From Podarcis muralis (lineage: Eukaryota), in contig NC_135660.1 in NCBI RefSeq assembly GCF_964188315.1, positions 36,208,001 to 36,272,000 of the forward strand: a stretch of DNA of 64,000 bases, given 5' to 3'. Of this stretch, positions 1 to 12,735 are shown in pieces. Each line of letters begins with the position of its first letter. Within the stretch, counting starts at the first letter, position 1. Position numbers and translations under genes: made by a program. Below the pieces are notes generated by a model. It saw only the letters and a list, made by a program, of their open reading frames with translations. It was not told the DNA's origin and searched no databases.

Positions 1-3000
1 ACAGGTGGGCAGGGCTGCCTACTTGCCTGACATCATTTTGACACCTGGTGATAATTTCAAAGGGGCTTGCTATCAGTGCCAGTCAGCTGATTGGTGCTGA
101 CAGCAAGCCCGGCTTTGTCTCTTTTCCTCTCTGCACACTGGTCTGCAGAGGAAAAGTGTCAGTTTGAAGGTGTATTTTAAATCCAAAACCATGCCTGCAA
201 ATGGATGACTTTAAAAGTGGTGAGCTATCAGTGCCAATCAGCTGACTGGCACTGACAACAAGTCCTGCTTGCCAAGGCACAATTGAGAGTATATGTTGAG
301 CTCCTGACTGTTCCTATGAAATAGTGTCTTACCTGCCCCACACCTGACGTCACATATGTCATCAGATGTGGGGCAGGTGGGTGTAGGCCATAGGAGGGGT
401 GTTCCCAGCTACCCCAAGCTTTGCCCTTGGAAACCTTATAAGGAGAGGGACTGGGAGGGGTGTTTCTAGGACTAAGATGAAACTGTAAAGCTTCCTTATT
501 ATTTTTGCTATTGGATGCCGCATGTTGTTTAGGTAATCTTGTTATAGTTATAGTATTGAAATGTGGGTTTTTAATATGTTATATTTTTGTTTTGCTGTGT
601 TTTTATGAAATTGTTTTTTGTAGTGCTTGTTTGAAATGCATCCCTATTCCTTTGTTGTAAGCTGCTTTGAGCATTTTGTGGGTGGGGGGAGGAGAATGGC
701 ATACAAATAAAGTGAATGAATGAATTGGTTGGAGAAAATTTGGCCCGTGGGCTGGAGGTTCCCCACCTGAAGGAAATACACGTCAGAAGAGCAAACATAG
801 GGCTCTTTATATGAAAATATTCAAAATCTGAAACCAGAACGTCCAGGTTCTGCATAGTGTTGAAATTAGGCAATTCAGTATACATTTTTTTCATTTAGCG
901 TAAGTAATTCGCTTCTGCTAATCAGGGAGATGGGACAGGGTTCGGCCACTGAGGGGCCACCCCATCTTGGCCTCTTTTGTCTTCAGGAGACTTCACCTGG
1001 CATCACCTGCACATGTTAAGATTATTTTTGCAATCTTAAAGGCTTAGCCTCCCCACCCCCTTTTAAAATGAAACTTTGGATTTCCCAGTTGCTGACTTGT
1101 AGTCCAAATACCAGCTCAGAGTCAGCTAGCAGGGAAGGAGCCGGCCAACGCACAGACATCTAGAGCTAATCTCAGCATCTCTCTGCAAAACTCAGAATTC
1201 AAAGGCACCAAATGAAGCATCTTGTCCAACTCCCTATCCCAGAACAAGGCATCCTGTCTCTAAAGCTTCCTCACTGTTGAAAAACGTCCTGAAATTGGGG
1301 AACGATTCTGAGTCTTACTAACTTAGAGTGCAGCCCTAACCAGGTCTATTCAGATGTGAGTCCTACTGAATTTAATGGGACCGATTCTCAGGTTAGTGGC
1401 GTTTAGACTGCAGCCTTAAGGAGCTAACACACAGTGAGATCCACTGTAACACAGTGGTTAAGGGCAAAGGCTATGAGCAAAAAAGCTTTTAGTGTCTATC
1501 TAGTGCATTTACTCATTTATATGCTCATATGCCAGGGCTCACATGTATGCCAGATGCTGGAGATGAACAGCAGGGAATGGCTATTGTCAACTGGCTCTGC
1601 TTATGAGCATCCTAGAGGCATTTGTCTGGCCGCCATTGCTGGTACACACATGCTGCATTAGTCAGACTAGCACGACAATTCGTGTGTGAAATCCCTGCCA
1701 GATGAGATCAGCGTCAAAATGAGCCTAAGCTGGAACCGTTTGAAGACCCCGTTCAAGAGTTCTTTTTGCATTAACCTTCCTTAAGCAACAGGAACAGGCA
1801 TTTTCAAACACAAGTCATCAAGTGACTCCTGCTTTGATTAGTTTGCGATGCAAAAATGTCAGGCCGATATTGGACAGGAAACTCATTCAACATTGCAAAT
1901 GGCCCATCGCTGCTTTCCCTTCTACATTTAAACGAGAATTAATATAATAAAGCCTTGCCCTTCAAGGCCAAACCTTATCAAGATGTCTTACAAAATAGAC
2001 ATCCAATGCAATGCTCAGATTTAAAACATGGGCAAAATATGGTCCTCTGCAGGCATTCTGAATTAAATAGTAAATATGTGAGGGATGGTGGTGTGGAGAT
2101 TCATGCACTAGTTTTTCTGCACTTCAGATATAAACTGCAATAGTCATTCCTTCTTCACAATCAACACTGGGAACTGTAGTTTGTTGTGGTGGGCTAGGCC
2201 TCTCTAATGTAGAAAGCACTGGGTCTCCTGATTACCAGCATTGCTGGGAGGGATATGGGGAGTGTTATGTACTGGAGTTCTCACCCTGGGCCAGCAGGGG
2301 GATACTGTAGATAGTTATGCAAATAAGGGATCGAAAGTGACGTTCAGTGATTGGATAGTTTTAGAAAATTGTTACAGTTACGTTGTACTGGAGCTCTATA
2401 TAAGCAGGCTGACTGAACCCTTCAGTTCAGTTCTGTTCTGGCCTGTGAATAAACAAGAGCTGTTTGAAGAATCGCTGTGTCGTCTGATATGTTCACCCAC
2501 AACTTAACAGGGAGGTTCCCAAATTTCAGTTTTCCAAATGAAACTAGCAACTAAAGGCGAGGCGGCAATGCAAAGAACCTGGGCAGGGACCTAAGGTCTG
2601 GGCACAGAGCAGACCCTCCCCGTTGTGCTGAGTGTGCAAATGAGAACCCAAAGTAGGTTGCTGCTACTCTCTTTCCCTGGCCAGGAGATGGAAGGAGCAA
2701 TGAATGAAAAGGTGGAGAAAGATCTGAGGGTGGTTTTTTTAAAGTGAGGGGGAGGAAAGGCTTGCCTTTAGGAATTCGGGACTTTAAGTGACAAAGTGAG
2801 AAGCCGTGATGGATTAAGGGTTTTGTGATGATGCCAGCATTTTTGGGGCACTTGCAGACTACATGATCAATGTCTGAACTGGCCTGAGGCAGCCAAAAAA
2901 GAAACAACGCATTTAATGGGGAGATTAGATATTTCAGGTTGTGTCTACTTTATTAGGCTTTAGGCATATCCCTTCCTTGGATCCTACATGCTTCCTCCTT

Positions 3001-5815
3001 TATGCCAACCACTTGCTAGCTTGACAGACGCCAAGCACATATAATAGCATGAAATAAAAACTATTCCTCTCCAAATACACTGGGCATGGGAAATATTATA
3101 CTTTTGCAAAGTCATTTGCTGGTCACCAGTAGCAACCAGGCAAGAAGGAGCTTTTGGAAAGGTGGAAGAGAATTCTTGAGTGCAGAGATATTCCTTTTTT
3201 TGTTTTTGTTTTGTAGGGCCCAAGAAGGCTATCGTGGAAATTGCAGCAGTCTTTAACGAGAGAATCCATCTCGTGTGCTCATGCAGTGCTGCTCCTGTGA
3301 TGCATTTTAAATTGCTTGTCAAGAGGTGAATGGGGTGTTTGTTTACCTCACTAAATTGCAACACTGACTGACTCAGGTGCCTCTTTAAGCCCAATGCAGG
3401 AGAGGAAATAATTGCTGAAGGCCAATCACCTTTTAGCCTGAATGGAACGTGTTCCGTTTCAAATCGTAAACCATAAGAGCGCTGCTGCAGGAATGGCATC
3501 CTTCTGGGAGGTGATGAACGTGCTCCCCAACCCAGAGATGAAGAAAAACAACACTCAGGGGGGAAATGGAAGTGAAGTGGGCAATTAAAGCAGCTTTCCC
3601 AGCTTCTCTGAGTGACTGTCCTCCCTTCTAAGTCAGTGACAGCACCAGAAAAAAGAGAGAATACTCTGTTAGAGATTCCTATTCTCTCATGTTAGAAATG
3701 CTAGAATATGGGGCAGAAGCTGTAATATTATAACCAGGAAACCTAATGCAACAATCCCCTTGTCTGAATGCACCCTTAGTTTCCCACAATGCTCCTGGAT
3801 TAGTGCCACACTGGGATGTTGTAAGAAACTGAAAGGGTGGCAAGACCCAGTTGCCCAGATCTGCTTGGAGTGCTGCTGCTGCCGCCGCCGTAACCAGGTA
3901 AGCCCACCATGAGCTACTGACAGAACAGGAGGCCCATCAGACGAACAGGAGGCCCACTGCCCAGAGTCACCTCAGACCTGGAACCAGCACTGCCAGGAGC
4001 ACAAGCAAGGATCAAGGAGGTCTTTCAGAACCCCAAAACTGCCCTTTGGTGCTACATAAGAAGTCTGAAGAAAACCTCACTTTCCACTGCAGCAAGAAAA
4101 TTGCAAGAGCCTGAAAGGTTAAAAAAAAAAAAAGCACCAACTTGGAAGCACAACATCTCCTGGCATGCAAAGCATTTACAGATCTGCAAGGACTGTAAAT
4201 TCCTTGGTTCACACCCATGAAAAGGCCCTAAAATGAGGGTTGAAATAATGTGAGGCATAAAAATATAATAAACTGGTCATTCCAGGAACCTGTAGGAGCT
4301 GGCAGGATGAGGCTCTCCACCAGGTAATTCTCAGTACCTCACCACACTGTAACTCCTAGAATTATTTGGCTGAGGGTATTGTATTGAAATTGGTACAAAG
4401 ACTAATCTCAAATCTGCACTGTAAATAGGGCTGTCCCGAGGGATCGTGGTGAAGAGGTGGACCTCAGCACCCTCAGACTGCATGGGGTTCTGGTCACACC
4501 CCACATGTTGTGGATTGTTTCATTAGCAGCCTTCAAAATATTGCCAGAAATGATTGCTGCAGTTCTTTATGCTAGCCTTGGTAGCAACATAGTCAACCAA
4601 TTGCTTCACAATGTGTCCAAGGTCCCATTTTTTCCAATAGGGGCTAACATTTTACTGCTCCACGGTTCAATAATGATTGGCACAATAGAATGTCAACCCG
4701 CAATAACTAAATTAGGATTCAGGTGCATAGTGGAAGCACCTGGTGAATCATTTAAGTTTTTTAAACATGAAATTAATCTGCATTTCTTTCCGGGAGTCAC
4801 ACCCAGCAGAGTGCAAAAAGAAAGGATATTAACAGTTGCAAAACTGATACAGTAATGGATAACTGTTGAACAATGCATGAGCAGATCAAACATTCAGATT
4901 GATGGAAGAATTATTTGCCGGCAGCCAAGAAACATAATTTTGAATCACCCTGAGGAAAAGCAAAGCTTATTGCAGGCAGACCAAGGAGCTCAAATTCTCA
5001 TCTATACAGAGCAACGTGGGCACCTTTGCAGTTCCACACCCTTGAAGATGGCCGAGCAAGAAACCAGCCCTTTGTGTAACGTACAATAGCTTCGTGGGTT
5101 GCATCATCCATGGGGAGAGCTCACTTGTTCGGTGTGTATTTTCCTGTTCCAGTGAACAGATGCAGCCTGCAAGACAGACGTCGCTGTCCTTGCCATGGAT
5201 AATCATCCCATTTGGGGACTCATCCTAGGAGAATGGCCTCTCCTTTGCAACAGGGAGCGTGATCTTTTTTTAAGAGTACGGTATTGTTTCCATTTGAACA
5301 AATACTGCCTTGGTCAGCAAACAGACCAATTCAAATGTTTTGCAAGTGTGTAGACTCAGTGGATGCATGAGTGACTGAGATCATGGCTGCAGGTCACATC
5401 CCCAAGCAAATACATTTCTCAGAGGCTACCAGGGCTTTCTATCCTATGTCATATTGCTTTACAGTGTGTCAAGCACCAGAAAGGAGGCCGGGGGGGGGGG
5501 GGGGAGCAGAAACAACCACCCTTCTGTTTCCATACAGTTTCTTGCTACTGCTGTTATGCCGACACTGCCCATGCCAGCAACATAAGCAGGTTTTTAAAGA
5601 AAGGCAGGAGAGGAGGTCAGATTCAGATTAGCTCAGAAATGACTGAGTCCATTTCCTGACTTTTGGGAGAAATGGCTTGGCTTATTTCAGAGCTGAACCA
5701 ACTGAAGCCATGGGGGGGGGGGGTATGTGCCTTTCTGGGGTTGTGGCAAGGTTAAACCAGAAGAAGAAAGCACAGGGAAGTTGAGGCTACATCTACGCTG
5801 ATAGATGCAGGTGAT

Positions 5816-5909
5816 CTGAACAATGCTCAGATTTGAATTCTGCTACTCCTCTTCTGCTCAGAAGCTGAACAATGCTCAGATTTGAATTCTGCTACTCCTC
5901 TTCTGCTCA
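5816..5909. repeat. Tandem duplication (two identical 45-bp units, period 49)
   Basis: ctgaacaatgctcagatttgaattctgctactcctcttctgctca at 5816-5860 and 5865-5909. Confidence 0.95.
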
Positions 5910-6055
5910 TTTGTCAAAAGGAAAAAGAGGGGAGCATTATTACTATTTTGCAGCCTTGGTCATGTGACATGGCTATCCAAAACATTGGGAAACCTTTGTT
6001 TTTTGCTATTACCATGCAGCATGCAGTTGAATGCCTCATAGGCGATGAAACTCAC

Positions 6056-6114
6056 CTGGTATGTGTTGTCAAAGCTGTCATACATAAACCTTGTGATCAA
6101 CGACGTCTTCCCAA
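6056..6114 (-). CDS. RAB6B: RAB6B coding exon 2 (59 nt; (V)GKTSLITRFMYDSFDNTYQ)
   Basis: Minus strand reads ctccag|TTGGGAAGACG...ACATACCAG|gtgag, with a pyrimidine-rich acceptor. The phase-1 start matches the end of exon 1, and the peptide is the Rab6 P-loop/switch I region. Confidence 0.95.
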
Positions 6115-8220
6115 CTGGAGAGGGGCAGGGGAGGAAACACACAAAAGCCACAGAGATGCAATTAAAATAATGGACCCTGTGACCACCAATAATACAAGAG
6201 TCCTCATCCAAGCACAGAATGGACATTATTTGGGGCACTCAAGGCCCAGGTGGATGTGACAACAAAGAAGCAGAGATACAAAAAAACTTCTACAAATAGC
6301 AATCTGGTGGTGGCAGGGGAGATAGGCAATTTGAACTGGGAACTCTGCCGCAGTTCACCCTTTGCCTTTTGTGTAGAAAGACTGTAAGCTCCACTCAAAA
6401 CAAGCTCCTGGGCTCAGAATTATTTAATTCTAAATGTTTGTCTTTTCCACCTTTGGGTTGATTTAAAAACAAAGTAGATCTCACAAGCTGGAAATCTGCC
6501 CAGTGCTGACCCCCTTGGGAAATGTGCATGCAAACCTGTTCTACGAAAGGCCACTGGGACATTACATGCAGAGCTTCAGAGGCCAGACGTGGAAATTATA
6601 CATTCCTTACACAACATATGGTATTTTTGTATTTTTTCAGGAGATGATGGATTGAAGCCAGGCAATTCAAGTAAGAAACCCAAACTATGAGAACTCTCTA
6701 GAACAGATGCCTCGAAGAGACTCACGGGACCTCCTCTTCTCTTGCCACACTTCCATACCTAGGCATCTCCACAGAAAACACTTCTCAGTATACCCATCCA
6801 AAAACAAACAAAACCCCAGCTGATTTCCTGATTACAAAATGCACATTAAAAAGAGAAACATTTAAAGCAAACCTGGTTTAAGACCCATCCCCCTGCCCCG
6901 AGGGCACATTTGTTAATTAAGAAACTTTACAATGCCATTCATCGGGAGTCTTAATTAAGTATGCTAATTCCCTCCATGGTGTGCCTTCTGAAGAGATGGG
7001 ATCCGTCTTTAGGTTTAATGAGCACCCTGGTGTTCAGCTCACACCAGAAGGAGTGTGAGGGTCTTTAGTATAATTTTCTCTCACCCTCACCCCTCCCCAT
7101 CAGAATCCCAGCTGAAGGAAAGGGGTGGGGAGAGACCATATTTCCCCTCAGAGCTGCTCTCTGTGGCTCAAAGCCAGCCAGCTTAACACCTTAGCATTCC
7201 TCCTACATCCGCTGTAGGAGGTAATTTGCCTCTGAATACCAGTTGCTGGGAATTACAAGTGGAGAGAATGATTTTGTATTCAGGTCCTCCTTGTGGGCTT
7301 GTGAGGCATCTGGTTGGCCAATGTGAGAACTGGATGCTGGACTAGACAGGCATTTGGCATGAGCCAACAGTAGAACATAACCATTGTGGGCTAGTAACTC
7401 ATGCATTTCACCAAGGAAAAGCTACCCCAACTTTGGAAGATACAGAAGACGTGCAAAAATAGGAAGCCAAAGTCTCTTTCCCTTCCTCACAATGCTGGAA
7501 GATACAATATCTACAGATACTCTCAGTACGCAGCATCACTTGTTGCTGCCTTGGGAGACAATGGAGGAGTGAAATCAAACTGCTGGAAGGTTGCAGCACC
7601 TGCTGTGGTTGTAGAGACCAATATGGGAGAGACATATTTTGTTGCAGTTGGGGCAGACGAAGGCATTTGGATGTGCATCAACAAACATTTAAAAAAGGCA
7701 CTAGTCATTTAATTCATTTCTGATATTCAGGAAGAGAGTGTCCACACTGATGTAGCCAAAATGGCAGCACCAACACATGGGAAGGAGGTAGTGTTTCTTA
7801 GGCCCCTTCCACACCATATATTTAAAGCAGTATCATACCACTTTAAACAGTTGTGACTTCCCCCAAAGCATGTGTAGTGCAGATGGGGCCTTATAAATAA
7901 GTAAGAAAAGAGCCTCCCCCTCCCAAAAAAACAGCCCATTGAGAACCAAGTGTGGACACTGGACACAGAATGCCGACTGGCTGTTGTAGGGGGGCAAAAA
8001 ACCAGGTGGGAGGGGGGCATGATGTTGCAGCTAGAGAAGGAGGAAGAGGCACAGATATGAAAAGGATTGAAAGAACCATCTCATTGGTTCTTGATAAGCC
8101 ATTTCTCACTTCATGCTGAGAAGCTATTTTAAAATGTCACCAGGTATGGGAGCTGCCACAAAAACAGAGAAGTCCATGATTCTAATGTGTCTGGGTTGGG
8201 CACCAGTTTGGCCATCCTGC

Positions 8221-8356
8221 NNNNNNNNNNNNNNNNNNNNNNNNNNNNNNNNNNNNNNNNNNNNNNNNNNNNNNNNNNNNNNNNNNNNNNNNNNNNNNNN
8301 NNNNNNNNNNNNNNNNNNNNNNNNNNNNNNNNNNNNNNNNNNNNNNNNNNNNNNNA
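8221..8356. other. Assembly gap (136 N)
   Basis: Run of n characters. Confidence 1.
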
Positions 8357-11300
8357 AATTGCATTTGCCAACCTCTGGAAATAGCAAAAAGCTGCCTGGG
8401 TGTGTCTGGGGATGTTTGGAAACTCATAAACCCAAGCCCAAGAGCAATTTCTCTATACCAACCTTCCTGCTGCTCTCGTGGTACTCAGGAGACCAGCAGG
8501 AAAGATGGATTGAAGGATTGCAGATGTGAGTGAGCAGCATGCTTTCAATGGAGAAAAGGCAGGTCTCTTGAGGCTGGGGAGTGGAGAGAGAGGAACTGAC
8601 AATCTCTTGCATTTTCATGCAATGCACTAATAATGAGAGAGCGGGGAGACTCTGCATTAATCTACTACACCACCAGTTAAAAACCCATTTGATCTGGAAT
8701 GTTCCCCCCTCCCTCATTGTGCTAGATCAGCCTCCCCAAACCTGGTGCCCTCCAGATGCTTTTGACTACGACTCCCATCATCCCCAGCCAGTACGGGGGC
8801 TGATGGGAGCTGTAGTCTTTGGACTACATGTTTTGACATGTTGAGGGTGCTAGGTTGGAGAAGGCTGTGTTAGATCTTTAGTGCTCATAGTTGAAGGCAA
8901 TCCAAAGTCATCTTAACTGAAAACATTCCCACTCTCTTTTAAACCCTCCTGTTGCCTTCTGTATGGCTTTGTAATCTGTAGGAAAACATGAATGTGAAGG
9001 GACCGTAACTTTGGAAGCCACTAAGCCCTTGCTCCTCATGCATTCTCATTAGAGACTGCTTATTGTGAAAGGAAGAAAAAAGATGAACCAAAGAGCCAAT
9101 CCAAACCAAACTATGGATATTTATAGAGCAGCTCTAGCCAGTTCAGTAGAGGATAAGGGGCTGATGCAGGATCCTAATTGGCTGCTGAATTCTACAAGGC
9201 ATTGCCTGATGCTTGCTCCCCAGAGATGCTCCAGAAATCCAGAGCTTCATGAAGCTGACAAACAACATCCTCTCTCTCTCTTTCTCTGTTGCTGACAGAT
9301 TGCTGGGACAAATAATGTAGATATTGAGGAGGGAGGGAGGAAACTGTATATTGAATGTGTTTCCTATTATTCAACAGCATGCCCATCCCAATGCATTTTT
9401 GCCTCCCCTGTTCCATGTATCAGACTGGTAGTTTCATCTTATGTCCACACTGGTGACAAAATAATGTCCTTCACTGCATGCAGCCAAAATCAGCAGGCTA
9501 GCTGAGGAGCACAGAGCAGGCCGCATAGTACACTCAGCTGTTCTTACTCCTGACCCTGAGGCAGCCACTTCACTCAGCTAATGGTAGGGTCAGCCCATCT
9601 TAACTGCAATAACATACAACTACTGGTGTCAACAGTCAAACTCAAATTTCATGCTGGATCTATTTCAGCATCTAGACTCATGGAGGATTGATTATTTAGA
9701 ACTTCTATACATCATGTATTCAGTACTTGCATGATTTCTACTTCTGGTTACTTCCACACTAGTATTTATTCTGGAATAGCCATGATTTGTTCATCCTCTT
9801 TTTTCTGAGCCATTATGATGACACAATAATCCAGTTGTTGTTTTCCTGCATTTTCCCTGTAGTTCTTCCATTTTTCCCCAAGACTGCATACATACAATTT
9901 TTGGCAGCAGCCATTGCACATGCAAGAACATATATCATAACGAATGCAAATTAGTTTCTTTTGTAATTTGGTTTGCAAACTCAGTTCAGATCCCACAATA
10001 GCAATCCATATGAACTAACTAACTGTGCATGCACTCCTTTTAGGGGTTTAGAGTAACTGCAGTTTGCCACGATGACCAAATTGAGCAAACTGTGGTTAGT
10101 ATTAACCAAGAATTGCCTTGAAATCACCATCTGAAACCATGCTTCAAAGTATGTCTGCAAACCATGTTTCAGAGGCAATTCCATGTTAATGATCACCATA
10201 GTTTGCTTGATTCATGTAGACATCATAGTACATTTGACCCCAAATCATGGAAGAGAAAACTGGGATACAAAGGGAGGGTGCAAGAAGGAACAAGCATATG
10301 AGCCTATTGCGTATTACAAATCCTCCAAACAAATTAGTGAATTGAACCATTATCTGGTTTATTTTAAATGTACACAAATGTGTCCTGTAATAAAACTGAC
10401 AATAGTCTCAGCATCAAAACATAAGTATCTGAATATTTGGGCTCTTAAATAGTTGTGTTTTGCACTATACATTCCTTTTTTCCAATTCTGTGTTTATATT
10501 TCCATTCTGCTGTGAAGGAGTTAGACCTTGAATGACTATTGTTGGTGCATTTGCACAAGAGTTAATGGAAAGGTTCTGGCAATGGAATATGTACAGAGCC
10601 AGCCCGCAGTAAACTAAGAGAGAGGCTATTAGGGTGGCTTGCTTCCCAGGATCAATATCATTGGAGTTTTGAGGCAGGTTTGGGCACATAGTATAGCTAT
10701 AATGCATTCCCCCCCCCCCCATTCTGTGAGTATCTTGCTTGGTAGCTGATAGAGGTTTCCCTCTAAAAGGATGCTCTCAGCCACCTGTGAATTCCACCAA
10801 GCAGAACACACAAGCATGCTCCCCTGAAATTGTCCTCTGAAACAGAAACTACAGTAAAAGCAGCTACACGTTTTGGAAGACTTAATTCCTTTATTAATAT
10901 TTGCTTTTATAAACTGCAGTAAAAACACATTAGTGGGGTAGGAAAACTAAGCCTCCTAGAGCAAAATACACACCAGGAGGCTTAGTTTGGTCAGAATTAA
11001 GTATACACTTCCAGAGATAATGCTAAATACATTACTTCTGGTTACAAATGAGCCTCCATAGCCGCTAGAGGGCTGTGAAAATTTGTGTCCTGGGGTTTTT
11101 AGACTCATCTACCCATGTGCCATCTGAACCCAAAGGGGCGTATTGTTTGCCAGTTGTGAAATATATTGGCATTATTTTCAGCTCTCCTACCCCCCCCCCA
11201 AGTTTTTAGAGAGTCACTCATATTTTCTGAGACAAAAAGCCACAAAGGAGTTGCAAGCTGCTGGTGCTCAGACAGGGACAACTTGCAAACCTGAGCTTTT

Positions 11301-11863
11301 CCAACATACATTTTACATTCCTTCCTTCCTTCCTTCATTTATTTATTTATTTATTTATTTCCTTCTTTTTCCTACAAAAGGAAGTCTAGAGAAGCTAACA
11401 TCATCATCCAAACATAACAATTAAAAAAAAAAACCCAACACCATATAGGGGGAAATATCTGGCCATAAAGATGCTATAATAAAGCTACAAACTTTTTATT
11501 CAGTCCTTAAGAAAACACCGGGTTAATATGTACAAAATTCTGTAAAAATGAACAACGGAATACTAAAATACAATCCATATTTCAGCTAAACACACACACA
11601 CTCAAGCTGTCAATATAGACCATGCAAACATAATATTGAAGGAGACAAAGTCACCCAGCCTAGAGTCATCAGAAAGCAAGAGAAGAACTAAGAAGAATCA
11701 ATGATACATTGATAGCATAGGATACAAAGAGTTTCCATACCCCAGAACCGTCTCATGCCTGCAGGTTAATATGCAGGCAGAAGAAAGGGAGGCAGCCTAC
11801 ACTACTCTCATGCAAAACTGAAAACTGGCATCCAGCAGGGGTTATTACTTCTATAGCCAGACT

Positions 11864-11864
<1 letters not shown>

Positions 11865-11906
<42 letters not shown>
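11865..11906. repeat. (TG)n microsatellite
   Basis: Directly visible. Confidence 0.98.
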
Positions 11907-11910
<4 letters not shown>

Positions 11911-11978
11911 CAATTACTGAGGGTCTTGGTGGACCACTTAATGATTCAACCCCAAATACATTTTTAGAGGTTGGCTAC

Positions 11979-12735
11979 TGTCAGGGGCTCAGGAGCAGAG
12001 GGACAGGAAAGGGAGGAATTAGAGACCGAGGGGGAGGAATCCGAGGGGGAAGTGAGCGATGAGAGCCGCCCGAGGTCTCTAAGTCTCTCCAGCGAATCGG
12101 AGGATTCACAGAAAGGGGCTCCCGTGGTCAGAGCTAGGGGGTTGCCAGAGGGAACACCTCAGGAAGGAGGGGCCAGAGGGGACTCAGAGAGCAGCAGCTG
12201 GAAATCGGGACCAGCTTCCCCACCGGAGAGCAGTAGGGGGGAGGAGTCCCAGGCATCGGCATCAGGCAGCCTTCCGTCAGAGGAAGGACATGAGTCAGGG
12301 TTAGCCACGCCTGCATCAGAGAGCGAGGAAACGGTCAAAAGGAAGGTCGGAGGCAGCGCGCGCGCGCCAAGTTCAAATGTACAAGAGGGTGGCGCAATGA
12401 GCAGCCCGGATAGGGAGCCAGGTCCTAAAGCCCGCCGAAGGGAGGGGGAAGAGTCCGAGGGGTCCGCCTCCGAAGCGTCCAGGAAGGAAGGGACCCCGGG
12501 GGGTGGTAGGACCCAGAGGCGGAAGGAGAGACGGAAAAGGTGGAGTAAGGCTAGAGTCTTAAGCTGGTGTATAGGGGGCGGAGACTCAGACGGAGCTTCG
12601 CCGGTCTAGTGTCCAGACGTAGAGACGCACGCTAGGGTTTGAAAATGGATAATGTACTTTAATAAAGACTTTTGTATATTACCGCTGGCTAGCGTTGGTC
12701 CTCTGTGAGCTGGGACCTGGAGGCAGTCTCTGACA
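11979..12735 (+). mobile_element. Solo LTR (757 bp, Ty3/Gypsy-like; class uncertain)
   Basis: TGTCA...TGACA termini, 5-bp TSD gctac (11974-11978 and 12736-12740), AATAAA at 12661-12666. CpG-rich, which suggests it is young. Confidence 0.9.

Noticed and set aside
3884-3960. Plus-strand donor-like caggtaag, Kozak-like gcccaccATG and a repeated gaacaggaggccca
   Set aside because: No sustained ORF or partner exon. Probably a repeat remnant.
4457-5089. Two adjacent same-frame ORFs (132 aa and 70 aa) in RAB6B intron 2
   Set aside because: No recognisable domain, GTG start and no splice context. The aligned antisense frame has a near-random number of stops, so chance is sufficient.
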